The notes under the pieces: generated by a model
Database searches by the model: none
Told to the model about the DNA's origin: nothing
The model's input: the letters and a program-made list of their open reading frames with translations, nothing else
Program-made: the position numbers and the translations under genes
Assembly (NCBI GenBank): GCA_963754945.1
Contig: CAVWIG010000024.1
Coordinates: forward strand, 59,040 to 123,039
DNA length: 64,000 nt
Source of the DNA: Methanotrichaceae archaeon
GTDB lineage: Archaea > Halobacteriota > Methanosarcinia > Methanotrichales > Methanotrichaceae
Direction: 5' to 3'
In this document: positions 11,039-20,896 of the stretch, one piece after another
How positions within the stretch are numbered: the stretch's first letter is position 1
How the letters are laid out: every line of letters begins with the position of its first letter

Positions 11039-11124
11039 AATAAATGCACGGAATAAATATCACATAGTGCTTGAGAAGCAATTAATAAGTCAGTATCACC
11101 TAAAAGACGATCCTTATCTTTTAT

Positions 11125-11275
11125 TTTAAAACGCAATACCCCGCAGCTTGCTGCGGCTGGGATAAAGAGCATGTAACTCCAACTTAAGGATGCTTCAGAT
11201 TTTGTAGAGCATTTTTATGCGTCGGCGGGAACATGCCCCGCTGCTTGCAGCGGGGTCCGCCGACGCAACGTTGAC
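11125..11275 (+). mobile_element. Non-autonomous IS200/IS605-type palindromic mini-element
   Basis: Subterminal hairpins CCGCAGCTTGCTGCGG and CCCCGCTGCTTGCAGCGGGG; follows TTTAT and ends TTGAC; precise removal restores LAAK-IKDKD. Confidence 0.75.
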
Positions 11276-11601
11276 TTTCGCCGCCAGTTTTAAAGAGTCT
11301 GATCTGGCAGGTTTAAGATCAATTTTTTCGCTTTCTAGTACTTCGAAAAATTCACCAATAGCTTCTTGATTATCGTTCTTATCGAGGTCTGCTTTTTTGT
11401 TCAAATTGTTTATTAATTCCCCAGCAACTACAAATGGAAATATGACAAAAATTTTTCTATTGCCATTTGCATGCGCAATTGCTTTTCTAACTTGTTCTTT
11501 TCTCCAATCATCCTCTTCTTTTTCCTGAATTAAATAAGATTGGAGATTTGAAGTATCAATGTATATATGCTGCTTATCTCCATTCGACGACATGATGCAT
11601 A

Positions 11602-12099
11602 TCAGCTAGATCTTATCAGATTATATTCTTTTAGGTCATGGAATACATTCTCAATAAAGCAATCTTTGTCATATTCGCTTTTTATATTTTTCGTTCTTTC
11701 TAGTAGAAGCGAAGCTATCTTATCTTCTTCGACCTTGTCCTTAACGTTATTATAGATCGAAAGCATCGTCGTTCCCACTTCTAGCCATTCTATATTCTTT
11801 TCTTGAATTGTCTGGGCGAATCTCTTCTTATCGCGACCAGCTAGACAATTTCTATCCTCCTCCAGAGAAGCGGGACTAATGTTAATTTTATAATAATCCT
11901 TAGCTAGATCAGGTGAATAAGGTCCCCTAATATAGATGTTGTAAGGATAATCATGATTCCATCCTAGAAATCTAGCAATAAACACATATTTCTGTAGCAT
12001 AACTCTATGGTCAAAGCTATTTACATCAAAGGCAAAACCCAAACCTTTTAGGAATTCAGCGAATGCCTTCAACTCAATAAATCTTGTGACCATATTCAT
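11602..12099 (-). CDS. YwgA/Panacea(SocA)-like putative antitoxin
   Basis: RVMLQKYVF...YNIYIRGPYSPDL motif; immediately upstream of the PIN gene; AT-rich. Confidence 0.6.
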   Translation of the reverse strand: MNMVTRFIELKAFAEFLKGLGFAFDVNSFDHRVMLQKYVFIARFLGWNHDYPYNIYIRGPYSPDLAKDYYKINISPASLEEDRNCLAGRDKKRFAQTIQEKNIEWLEVGTTMLSIYNNVKDKVEEDKIASLLLERTKNIKSEYDKDCFIENVFHDLKEYNLIRSS

Positions 12100-12328
12100 C
12101 TTCTCTTTTGTATCATGTGTAAAAGATGCATTGATATATACATCTTTGGGACACGGAAAAAGTAATCGACTGAATTTTAGGAGCAAAGGAGATTAACCTA
12201 CATACAAAAAATTTATATTCCGTCCCCCTTTTTTAGTAACACTCATGACATACTCTAATTGCGACCACCATAACTGCCAACACATATATGCACCATATGA
12301 GTTTACAACAGAACCACCTACCAACGTC

Positions 12329-12384
12329 TTTATATAGAAGTTCAAATACCCGCTAAATTGTTTCGATAATACGAATATTGGAGG
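12329..12384 (+). promoter_or_regulatory. Thermosome promoter (TATA), possible operator, and SD
   Basis: TTTATATA at 12329; TTCG-N6-CGAA at 12362-12375; GGAGG at 12380. Confidence 0.55.
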
Positions 12385-12391
12385 AAATTGA

Positions 12392-14032
12392 ATGGCTGGA
12401 CAACTAGGTGGAACACCTGTACTCATTCTGAAGGAAGGCAGCCAGAGGACTGCCGGACGTGAGGCGCAGAGGTCGAACATCATGGCTGCCAAGGCTGTGG
12501 CCGGAGCAGTCAGGACAACCCTGGGCCCCAAGGGCATGGACAAGATGCTCGTTGACACCATGGGCGATGTAGTAATCACCAACGACGGTGTCACCATCCT
12601 CAAGGAAATGGACATCGAGCACCCCGCGGCCAAGATGATGGTGGAGATCGCCAAGACCCAGGACGCTGAGGTTGGAGACGGAACCACCACAGCCGTTGTC
12701 GTTGCCGGAGAGCTGCTCAAGCAGGCAGAAGCCCTTCTGGACCAGGAGATTCACCCCACGGTGATTGCCGCCGGTTACAGAGATGCCACAGACAAGGCCA
12801 TCGAGATCCTGAAGGCCATAGCCGTAAAGGTCACAGTCAAGGATGAAGCGCTGCTGAAGAAGATCGCAATCACGGCGATGACCGGCAAGGGGTCCGGCAC
12901 ATCCAGGGACGATCTGGCAGGTCTGGCTGTAAAGGCAGTCAAGGCAGTAATCGACGAGGACGGAACAGTCGATACCGACAACATCACAATAGAGAAGAAG
13001 GTAGGCGCTGGAATCACCGACTCCCAGCTTGTTGAGGGCGTAGTGGTCGACAAGGAGAGGCTCCACCCCAATATGCCCAAAAAGGTAACTGACGCAAAGA
13101 TCGCCCTGCTCAACGCTCCAGTGGAGATCGAGAAGACAGAGGTCGATGCGAAGATCGAGATCACTTCCCCTGACCAGCTCCAGGCCTTCCTGGACCAGGA
13201 AGAGGTAATGCTCAAGGGCATGGTCGAGAACATCGTCAAGACCGGAGCTAACGTTGTCTTCGCCCAGAAGGGCATCGACGACCTGGCCCAGCACTTCCTG
13301 GCCAAGGCTGGAATATACACGGTTCGCCGCGTTAAGAAGAGCGACATGGAGAAGCTCGCGCGTGCAACAGGCGGCAGGATCGTCACCAGCATCCATGAGC
13401 TGTCCAAGGATGACCTCGGCAAGGCAGGCCTCGTCGAGGAGAGGAAGATCGGCGACGATAAGATGACCTTCGTTGAGGAGTGCACCAACCCCAAGTCAGT
13501 CTCCATCATCCTCCGCGGCGGCACCGAGCACGTCGTTGACGAACTTGAGAGGGCCATGAACGATGCCCTTCGCGTTGTGGGCGTTGTCGTGGAGGACAAG
13601 ATGCTCGTCCCAGGTGGCGGCGCCCCAGAGGTTGAGCTGGCCCTGAGGCTGCGGGAGTACGCGGCAACGGTTGGAGGCCGTGAGCAGCTAGCCATTGAGG
13701 CCTTTGCGGATGCCATGGAAGTAATCCCCAAGACTCTGGCCGAGAACGCTGGCCTGGACCAGATAGACTCTCTGGTATCCCTACGAAGCCAGCACGAGAA
13801 GGGCATAAAGAGCGCAGGCCTCGACATGGAGACCGGCAAGCCAGTGGACATGCTCAACCTCGGAGTTGTCGAACCCCTTAGGGTCAAGACCCAGGCAATC
13901 CAGTCTGCAGCCGAGGCGGCAGTCATGATCCTGAGGATCGATGATGTCATCGCCTCCAAGTCAGGCGGACCAGGCGGTATGCCAGGCGCTGGCGGCATGC
14001 CTGGCGGCATGGGCGGAGAGGACTTCGATTAA
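12392..14032 (+). CDS. Thermosome subunit (group II chaperonin)
   Basis: [24 protein letters not shown]-rich tail. Confidence 0.97.
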   Translation: MAGQLGGTPVLILKEGSQRTAGREAQRSNIMAAKAVAGAVRTTLGPKGMDKMLVDTMGDVVITNDGVTILKEMDIEHPAAKMMVEIAKTQDAEVGDGTTTAVVVAGELLKQAEALLDQEIHPTVIAAGYRDATDKAIEILKAIAVKVTVKDEALLKKIAITAMTGKGSGTSRDDLAGLAVKAVKAVIDEDGTVDTDNITIEKKVGAGITDSQLVEGVVVDKERLHPNMPKKVTDAKIALLNAPVEIEKTEVDAKIEITSPDQLQAFLDQEEVMLKGMVENIVKTGANVVFAQKGIDDLAQHFLAKAGIYTVRRVKKSDMEKLARATGGRIVTSIHELSKDDLGKAGLVEERKIGDDKMTFVEECTNPKSVSIILRGGTEHVVDELERAMNDALRVVGVVVEDKMLVPGGGAPEVELALRLREYAATVGGREQLAIEAFADAMEVIPKTLAENAGLDQIDSLVSLRSQHEKGIKSAGLDMETGKPVDMLNLGVVEPLRVKTQAIQSAAEAAVMILRIDDVIASKSGGPGGMPGAGGMPGGMGGEDFD

Positions 14033-14219
14033 GCCCTAACTCCTCCTTTCGGTTTCGTCTTTTTTAGATTTTAGATTATATTTTATATTATATAAATGTA
14101 TTTTTAGCGTAAATCATATCTCATATAAGTCATATAATCAGTTTTATATTTTGAGCCAAAGACCGTTGGGCAAACTGCAAACGCAAAGATTATCATCTTC
14201 TCCAGACCTAAGTCAGCCA

Positions 14220-15134
14220 ATGGATCGCAAGCTTCTGATGAAAGGAAAAGTCAAGGCTGCCTACGATTTGGGCGATAAGTTGGAGTTCAGATTTACAGAC
14301 AACATCTCTGTCTTCGACAAGGTTATCCCTAGCATAATCCCATACAAGGGGGAGACTCTCTGCAAAGAGGGCGTCTACTGGTTCAAACGAGCGAGCAGAA
14401 TGGGGATCAGGAACCACTTCCTGGAGTATCTTCCACCCAACGGGATGCTTGTCAAGAAAGTTGACATCGTCAAGCCCGAGAAGATCACAGCAAATTCCAG
14501 ATGCCACCTGATTCCCCTAGAGTTCATTTGCCGTTGGTACGTGGCTGGTTCCCTTCACGACAGGATAAAAGCCGGAGAAGTCTCGCCGGAGGCCCTGGGC
14601 TTTGCCCCGGGTCATCGGGTCGAGTACGGCGAACCGCTGCCCGAGCCTTTCCTAGAGGTGTCGACCAAGCTCGAAAAGACCGACCGGCTTCTGGACAAAG
14701 CCAGCGCTCTACAGCTTTCGGGACTCTCACCCTCCGAATATGAGGATGCTCGAGAGATCGTGCTCCGGATAGACGAAGACATAAGAAAGAACGTTGAGCC
14801 TCGCGGTCTTATTCACGTTGACGGCAAGAAGGAGCTGGCCTTCGACGAGGAGCGTCAGATAATGGTCGTAGACGTTTACGGGACAGCCGATGAGGACAGG
14901 TTTTGGGACAAGGCCGGGTACGATCAAGGAGAGTTCGTGGACCTATCCAAGGAGTACGTCCGCCAGTATTACCGCAAGACAGGATACAAGGACGATCTTT
15001 ACGCTGCTAGATCGAAGGGACTGGCCGAGCCGAACATACCCAGCCTGCCAGCTGAGGTCATAGATCAGACCAGTAAGATCTACGTAGAGCTGTACGAGAG
15101 GATCACCGGGGAGAGCTTCAAACCAGCAGGCTGA
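14220..15134 (+). CDS. purC: SAICAR synthetase
   Basis: KGKVK, DNISVFD, STKLE, VDGKKE, TADEDRFW, LSKEYVRQ. Confidence 0.93.
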   Translation: MDRKLLMKGKVKAAYDLGDKLEFRFTDNISVFDKVIPSIIPYKGETLCKEGVYWFKRASRMGIRNHFLEYLPPNGMLVKKVDIVKPEKITANSRCHLIPLEFICRWYVAGSLHDRIKAGEVSPEALGFAPGHRVEYGEPLPEPFLEVSTKLEKTDRLLDKASALQLSGLSPSEYEDAREIVLRIDEDIRKNVEPRGLIHVDGKKELAFDEERQIMVVDVYGTADEDRFWDKAGYDQGEFVDLSKEYVRQYYRKTGYKDDLYAARSKGLAEPNIPSLPAEVIDQTSKIYVELYERITGESFKPAG

Positions 15135-15281
15135 TCTGGGACGCCAGGTGTTAGTGCAATCGACAGAAGGAAGCGCGAAATCGCAAGAGATTTAAGCCTG
15201 TGCTCTAATTCATAAAGTGCAAGAGAAGCCGGACTGGCGCAGATTGCCGTCCGGGCAATTTATGTCATTGGAGATAATGAG

Positions 15282-16214
15282 ATGAAGAGATTTATATTGG
15301 CTTTGGCCATAATCACTGTGGCTTTCTCCGGCTGCACAGAGAAGGCACCCAGTTCTGATGTAATCAAGACCGCGTTGAATCATTCTACAGCAAACCTCAG
15401 CGCCTACGGTTTTACAATATCGAACAACCAGACGGGATCCATAAGGGATCTGGTAAAAAATAATATCACTAACAGTTACAATACAACTTCACGCTCGGAC
15501 GATACGAAGGTTACTGCATCCATCGATCTGGCGGGCCGGAAGGCTGAGGCGGCCATCTCCACTACGACCATTGTAAAAGGCTCATCAGGGTCGCCAGTCG
15601 TGGGTAACACTGAGAGCACTGAGTACAACGTAGGAAACATCACCTATGTCTTCCAGAACGGCAACTGGACGGTGCTGAAGGCCCCAGAATCGGCAGAGGC
15701 CATTTGGGCAAGAGGGAGCTTCGATCTAATGAAGTCAAGGGCGGTCTCCATTAATCAGACCCAGGCGGATGTAATAGGATCTGAGAGCATCGATGGAAAA
15801 GACTGTTACAAACTCCGGCTGATCTTGGACAACCAGACCTATTTGGGAACTGAGTATAACCTGCTTGTCCGCGCTCTGTACCCCTTCGTGCCCGAGGCCA
15901 ACCAGACCGACCTGCTCAAGAGCAGCAAAAATGAGAACACGGTGTGGGTAGAGAAGGACAATAACCTGCTCAAGAAATACCAGCAGACTATGAACATACA
16001 AATGGTACCAAACATCATTGGTGTCGTCGATAGCAAAGGAAACATCCAGAAGCTCAACCAGACTATGAAGCTGGTCGAAGTAACACTTGCCTCAGACAGC
16101 ATTGAGACGTACACCGATTATAACAAGCCAGTAGTTATAATTGTGCCGAAAGCTGCCTTGAACGCCACCCAGATCATGCCCACACCGATACAGGCTGCCA
16201 CAATCACCGGATAG
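15282..16214 (+). CDS. Lipoprotein of unknown function
   Basis: Signal peptide with lipobox FSGC; many N-x-S/T sequons; ESIDGKDCYKL strand motif. Confidence 0.75.
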   Translation: MKRFILALAIITVAFSGCTEKAPSSDVIKTALNHSTANLSAYGFTISNNQTGSIRDLVKNNITNSYNTTSRSDDTKVTASIDLAGRKAEAAISTTTIVKGSSGSPVVGNTESTEYNVGNITYVFQNGNWTVLKAPESAEAIWARGSFDLMKSRAVSINQTQADVIGSESIDGKDCYKLRLILDNQTYLGTEYNLLVRALYPFVPEANQTDLLKSSKNENTVWVEKDNNLLKKYQQTMNIQMVPNIIGVVDSKGNIQKLNQTMKLVEVTLASDSIETYTDYNKPVVIIVPKAALNATQIMPTPIQAATITG

Positions 16215-16217
16215 AGT

Positions 16218-16670
16218 ATGACGGAATCCCTGGATTGGCTCTTCCTCAAGGAAAAGCCAACCCTTGCATTACTGGCGGTAGAGGAGCTCGATCCGGCTTA
16301 CGCGTCCTTGGTGTCCAAACGGATCGACTCCACCTTTCCCTACACTTCTAGCATACTTTCCCAGTTGGAAGAGCAAGGGCTCATCCGTGCTCGCCCGGAA
16401 GGACGGGTCAGGTACTTAGAGCTAACATCCCGGGGCAGAAAGATAACCATCGGCCTGAAATCCCTATTAGATGCGCTAATGGCACCCGGAGTCCACCAAC
16501 GAAAGGCGGAACGACTCAGAGAGCTCATCGGTTCGGGGAATAACGGCTCGGAGCTGGTACTTGGCCCTCTGCGTCGAGACGTCTCCAAGCTGAAAGGCCT
16601 GGGGGACGAGGAGCTGATTAGAACCGCCGATGAGCTGGACAGGATAATCCAATCGGCCCTCCACAAGTAA
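16218..16670 (+). CDS. Winged-helix (MarR-like) DNA-binding protein
   Basis: YASLVSKRIDSTFPYTSSILSQLEEQGLI...GRVRYLELTSRG. Confidence 0.75.
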   Translation: MTESLDWLFLKEKPTLALLAVEELDPAYASLVSKRIDSTFPYTSSILSQLEEQGLIRARPEGRVRYLELTSRGRKITIGLKSLLDALMAPGVHQRKAERLRELIGSGNNGSELVLGPLRRDVSKLKGLGDEELIRTADELDRIIQSALHK

Positions 16671-17603
16671 GCTAAGTCTGCATCAAGAACTAAGTTGAAT
16701 CGACAAAAAGATCGAAGATAATACCCAAAGTCCGAATGGTATATCTACAGCCCGTTCGGCCTGTCGATCCGGAAGTGTTGAATCTCCTAATGCAGAGCCT
16801 GTCCTCATTCTATCCAACGAAGCTTCTACCCCGATTGAAGTTCCTCAAAAAGCGTATGAGAAAACACATGCAATAAGATGAGCATTTGCTTGCGACCGAT
16901 TAAGCATCCGACAAGACCGCTACGAGCAGGTTGTCGAAGCCGTTCATGCGAGGTGATAGGAGACAGCTCTCGAAGGTTACAGTCTTCCGAACCCCTCTAT
17001 TAGGTCTGTTGAGATGTCCAAGACCGGTGTGTAGGCCTCGCTCGACCCACCCCCCCCCCGACCTGGCTGTCCTTTTTCAACAAGACCGAAATCCTGCACA
17101 TATTCAACTGCTTGGAGATTATTCGAATTGATTCACGGTCTCTGGTCTATGTTCGAAAGCCGCTAGAATTCCTGGCCTTCCAAGATCTGCCCTGGTGCAG
17201 GAGTTCAACTAACTGTTGGTTGAATTGTCTGGAACCATGTAAGTTGGGCTGGAAGAATGACTCATTACTAAGCCTGAAGGTTCAATCTCCTTCTTTTCGA
17301 GCATCAGAGATTTGAGCTTGACCTCCCCTTGCTGTTTCGGATCTCTTCCCGAAGCTGCAAGAGTTCTTGGTTATATCGCTTCGAGGTCTGGTCCTGATCA
17401 CTATCGAGGCGTAGCTCTACAGTCTATATACGAATTTTGAAAGTGAGATACTGCTCGCTTGGAAAGTTTCTTCCTATCGTTCTGGATCGTTCTCCGATGA
17501 AAGATAAATGTCACAATACCTATTCTTGAATTTATATAGTCGATACCGCACATACACCAACCCTAATAGAACTTGGAGAATATAATTGGTGCCGGTAGAA
17601 TAT

Positions 17604-18401
17604 CTAAATAATTTTTTTAATTCTTACCTGAAAGGATTCACCGGCCGCCTCCAGGGACGATCGCAAACTCCTGATCTGCATTGGACTGGCAGGGATAAGA
17701 TCCCGGAGCCTCATCTCCTCTGTCTTGGGATAACGTAGCAATCGGGAATGGTCGCCTGATATACTGTAGTGATAATGGCCGTAGGCCACAGTAAAAGCAT
17801 AGGCCAGGAGCTTCTCAGCCCTTCTCGACGAGGTATAAACCACCTGATTGGGATCGTGTCTAACTCTGGCTTTATCTCTGAACAGCTTTAGAGAAAGATC
17901 GTAATCGTCCAGAAGGGAGATGTCGCTGTGGCCCCCGATCTGCCTGTATGTTCCGGCTCGCACAGCCATGTTCGATCCCAGGATGTAGTAGAAGTTAGAC
18001 AGGTAAAATATCCTGTACATACTACGCCATCTCTGAATGAGCTCGGATTTCACTCCCTGATCCTGGTAGACGACAGGACCGGTGCTTGCATCATATCGAT
18101 CCAGATTATAGCTTATAGCCTCAAGCCAGCCCTCGGAAACGATCGTGTCCGCATCCGTAAACGCCAGCTTGTCCCCATAAGCAGCCTTCGCTCCATCCCT
18201 TCTAGCTCCGCCTATGCCCGGGCTTGTCTGAAAGACCACCTTGTCCGCAAGCTCACGGGCGATGGACGCGGTGCGGTCCTGAGAGCCACCATCAACTACT
18301 ACGACCTCGTAGTCCTCAGAAGGACTCTGTTCTGAGATGGATCTCAGGCATGCCTCGATGCCCGATTCCTCATTGAGGGCTGGTAGTATTACGGAAATCA
18401 C
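17604..18401 (-). CDS. Glycosyltransferase family 2
   Basis: SVILPALNEE, VDGGSQDRT, FTDADT, GSNMA, TSSRR. Confidence 0.9.
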   Translation of the reverse strand: MISVILPALNEESGIEACLRSISEQSPSEDYEVVVVDGGSQDRTASIARELADKVVFQTSPGIGGARRDGAKAAYGDKLAFTDADTIVSEGWLEAISYNLDRYDASTGPVVYQDQGVKSELIQRWRSMYRIFYLSNFYYILGSNMAVRAGTYRQIGGHSDISLLDDYDLSLKLFRDKARVRHDPNQVVYTSSRRAEKLLAYAFTVAYGHYHYSISGDHSRLLRYPKTEEMRLRDLIPASPMQIRSLRSSLEAAGESFQVRIKKII

Positions 18402-19191
18402 GAATTAAGCTCCTGCAAGAGTAGGCTGGATAGACTAACAAGTACCAGCCCAGAGCGGTTACGGCCCAGAAGGGCAGCGGTTTTGTTCCTGCCATGAACA
18501 TCAACAGGATGATGGAGAACACGGCAGCGGAACCCAGTAGCAGCAGGCCATTTCTCCGCCCAATAAAGGTTACTGTGGTCCTGGTGGACAGTACATCCTC
18601 TTCGTACTCAACCACTTGGTGAGCTATCAAGGCCTCAGCTCCCAGGATAAATGGAAATGAGGAAGCCAAAAGGATCTCAGGTGGTATGCTGCCCTTGGAA
18701 AGGGCGAAACCTGTTAGAAATGGAACTGCTCCGAACATGAGTCCGTGGGTTATTATGTCCAGGAAGAACTTCTCTTTGAGGCGTATGCCCCCTGAATAGG
18801 CTGTGAACAGAATTAGGTTCAGCAGGACAAGGCAGAATCCAAGATAGCTCATCTCAAGGGAGATCAGTGCTATTACGATCTGGAATAACATCATCAACAC
18901 AACACCACTTCGGCCAACAGACCCTGAAGCCAGAGGATTCTTGTTGGACTCCATTTTTCCGACGTGTTGCCTGTCGATTTCAACATCGAAATAGTTGTTG
19001 ACTGTAAAGGCGTAGCCTATGAGGGCAAAGTATATTACGAAAACCAGAATAATTTGAGAGTGCACTGCACCGGCTAACAGAGCGCCGGCCAAGGGCGCTG
19101 CTATGTAGAACTTAATCCAGTCGCCGATGCGAAGCATCCTAAGATACTCATGCATTCTCATATCAATCTTATTTTCCTCCGAAACGCCCAC
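18370..19191 (-). CDS. UbiA-family prenyltransferase
   Basis: NNYFDVEID...NPLASG; multi-TM; second acidic motif EYEED. Confidence 0.85.
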   Translation of the reverse strand: MGVSEENKIDMRMHEYLRMLRIGDWIKFYIAAPLAGALLAGAVHSQIILVFVIYFALIGYAFTVNNYFDVEIDRQHVGKMESNKNPLASGSVGRSGVVLMMLFQIVIALISLEMSYLGFCLVLLNLILFTAYSGGIRLKEKFFLDIITHGLMFGAVPFLTGFALSKGSIPPEILLASSFPFILGAEALIAHQVVEYEEDVLSTRTTVTFIGRRNGLLLLGSAAVFSIILLMFMAGTKPLPFWAVTALGWYLLVYPAYSCRSLIRDFRNTTSPQ

Positions 19192-19240
19192 GTTCTACCC
19201 GGATGAGTGCCTCAAAGAACAGTTTCGGTTCTATAACAAT

Positions 19241-20734
19241 CTACCTACTGGCCTCAGCCGAAAACCGATCCTCAACCTCATTTCGGTGTACTGTGTTGTA
19301 GGCACAGAAGGGTATTATCCTGCCGTCAGGGGTGGCGTAGTGTACACCGCACCTCCGAAGCCTCTCAAGGTCCATGTTGTATCGGTCCTGGAAGTGCATA
19401 GCCCCCAGAAATAGAGACTTGTTGTGGAACTCTCTAATAGACTGTCTTGTGCCGTTCCAGAAAACGCTGAGGAGCATCTTGGTCACATTAAGGTCCCGAG
19501 GTGCCTTGGCCTCATCAGCAAACCTTGACAGCTCTTTGAGTATCGCGCCTCTCTTTTTCAGTTTGCTCAGGCCGGACCCAACATAGTTCTCTGCCTCCTC
19601 GGCGATGCGTTCCATCAGTCCTTCTACGTCGAGGAACCTGTTGATGGGGGTCATCTTGCCGTCCATGCAGTAGATATAGGTGGCAGCCCCACAACATGGG
19701 TGGACTGTGAAAACCGGCTGGGGGCGCTGTGTCTCGGCTGCTATGAGCCTGGATATGGGAGCTACGAAAGGAACAGGATAGAAGTCCTCCCTGGTTATCT
19801 CATTGTTCGTCTGTTCCTCGACCAAAGTCAGAAAATCGGGGATCGTTATTCTCTTTTCCGATCTCTCTTTCTGATCGATCCTCCCGGCGAAGGAGACCGG
19901 CTGAACATTGATTCCCTTGATGACATCCAGGTTCTTGGAGGCGAACCTGATTATGTCCCCCATCTGATCGTCATTGACGCCCTTTGCTAGCGTGGGGACT
20001 AAGACTATGCTCGTCTGGCTAGCCTTTCTGAAGTTCTCGATTGCTTTGAGCTTAATGGGCAGGAGATTTCTGCCCCTCATCATCTTGTAAGGCCTGGAAC
20101 TAAGTCCGTCAAATTGGAGATAGACTGTGCTCAATCCAGCCTGTTCCAGGCTTTGGCAGAGCTTCAAATCAGCTGAAAGCATTATTCCATTGGTCGCAAT
20201 CTGAACCTGGGTAAAGCCTAATCCTTTGGCCAAGGCTACTATTTCGGGCAAATCCCATCTCAAGGTCGGTTCACCCCCAGAGAACTGGATAGCCGAGCAT
20301 GGCACAGGCCTCTGTGATCGCAGGTTCTGCAACATAGCCGTTATCTGATCGATTGTTGGCTCCAAAATCCGGCCCCCGGAGTTTGCAAAGCATACAGGGC
20401 AGGACATGTTGCACCTATTTGTCAGGTCGACGTTTGCTAGAAGAGTACCTGTTAGGTGTTTCTCGCACAATCCGCAGTCGAAAGGGCAGCCCCTCTCGGA
20501 CGTGGTCGGGTCCTCGATGCCTGAGCCCTCACAGAAGTACCTGTAGAACTTCCTGTACAGTGCAGCATCCGACCAGTAGAGATCCTTGAACTCGCCGTGG
20601 ATCTGGCACTCCTTCTCGATGAAGACCTTCTCTCCTTCCTGGAATATGTGAGCCTTTATAACCTTGAGACATACTGGACAAACGGACGAAACAGTCCTAT
20701 CGATGGCTGTTAGATCGGAAGTAGTGAGTTCCAT
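19241..20734 (-). CDS. tes: Tetraether lipid synthase (Tes/GDGT-MAS-type radical SAM), copy 1
   Basis: N-terminal CPVC..CQIHG, CPFDCGLC, CNMSCPVC, MHFQDRYN, RCGVHYATPDGRIIPFC. Confidence 0.85.
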   Translation of the reverse strand: MELTTSDLTAIDRTVSSVCPVCLKVIKAHIFQEGEKVFIEKECQIHGEFKDLYWSDAALYRKFYRYFCEGSGIEDPTTSERGCPFDCGLCEKHLTGTLLANVDLTNRCNMSCPVCFANSGGRILEPTIDQITAMLQNLRSQRPVPCSAIQFSGGEPTLRWDLPEIVALAKGLGFTQVQIATNGIMLSADLKLCQSLEQAGLSTVYLQFDGLSSRPYKMMRGRNLLPIKLKAIENFRKASQTSIVLVPTLAKGVNDDQMGDIIRFASKNLDVIKGINVQPVSFAGRIDQKERSEKRITIPDFLTLVEEQTNNEITREDFYPVPFVAPISRLIAAETQRPQPVFTVHPCCGAATYIYCMDGKMTPINRFLDVEGLMERIAEEAENYVGSGLSKLKKRGAILKELSRFADEAKAPRDLNVTKMLLSVFWNGTRQSIREFHNKSLFLGAMHFQDRYNMDLERLRRCGVHYATPDGRIIPFCAYNTVHRNEVEDRFSAEASR

Positions 20735-20896
20735 TGCAATGCATTAGTTCTTTTAAAGGATAGAGTATAAAGATTATGCCCAAACGTCTTTTCATGATGT
20801 TGGAATCTATTGAGATCGAAGGGATGCAAGGGCCTGGGTTGATATATCTAAAATTTAGAAGAATAAAATGATCTTGATCGACCCTTTAACCGATGA

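Larger units (their letters stand above)
8573..11593 (-). pseudogene. PIN-domain nuclease/toxin (168 aa reconstructed) interrupted by three mobile elements
   Basis: Pieces 11593-11276, 11124-11039, 9769-9762 and 8667-8573 join to a 507-nt open frame with IDTS, VAGEL, GDTDLLIASQAL, LLMHD motifs. Confidence 0.85.

Noticed and set aside
11195-11593. 132-aa ORF as a complete protein
   Set aside because: Its C-terminus (VNVASADPAASSGACS...) is read-through into the inserted element.
12404-14010. Long antisense ORFs (330 and 411 aa) opposite the thermosome gene, and similar shadows across the window
   Set aside because: Explained by codon bias of the real gene on the other strand; no recognisable motifs.
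15228-15257. Hairpin CCGGAC..GTCCGG upstream of the lipoprotein gene
   Set aside because: A single short stem, too little to call a regulatory RNA.
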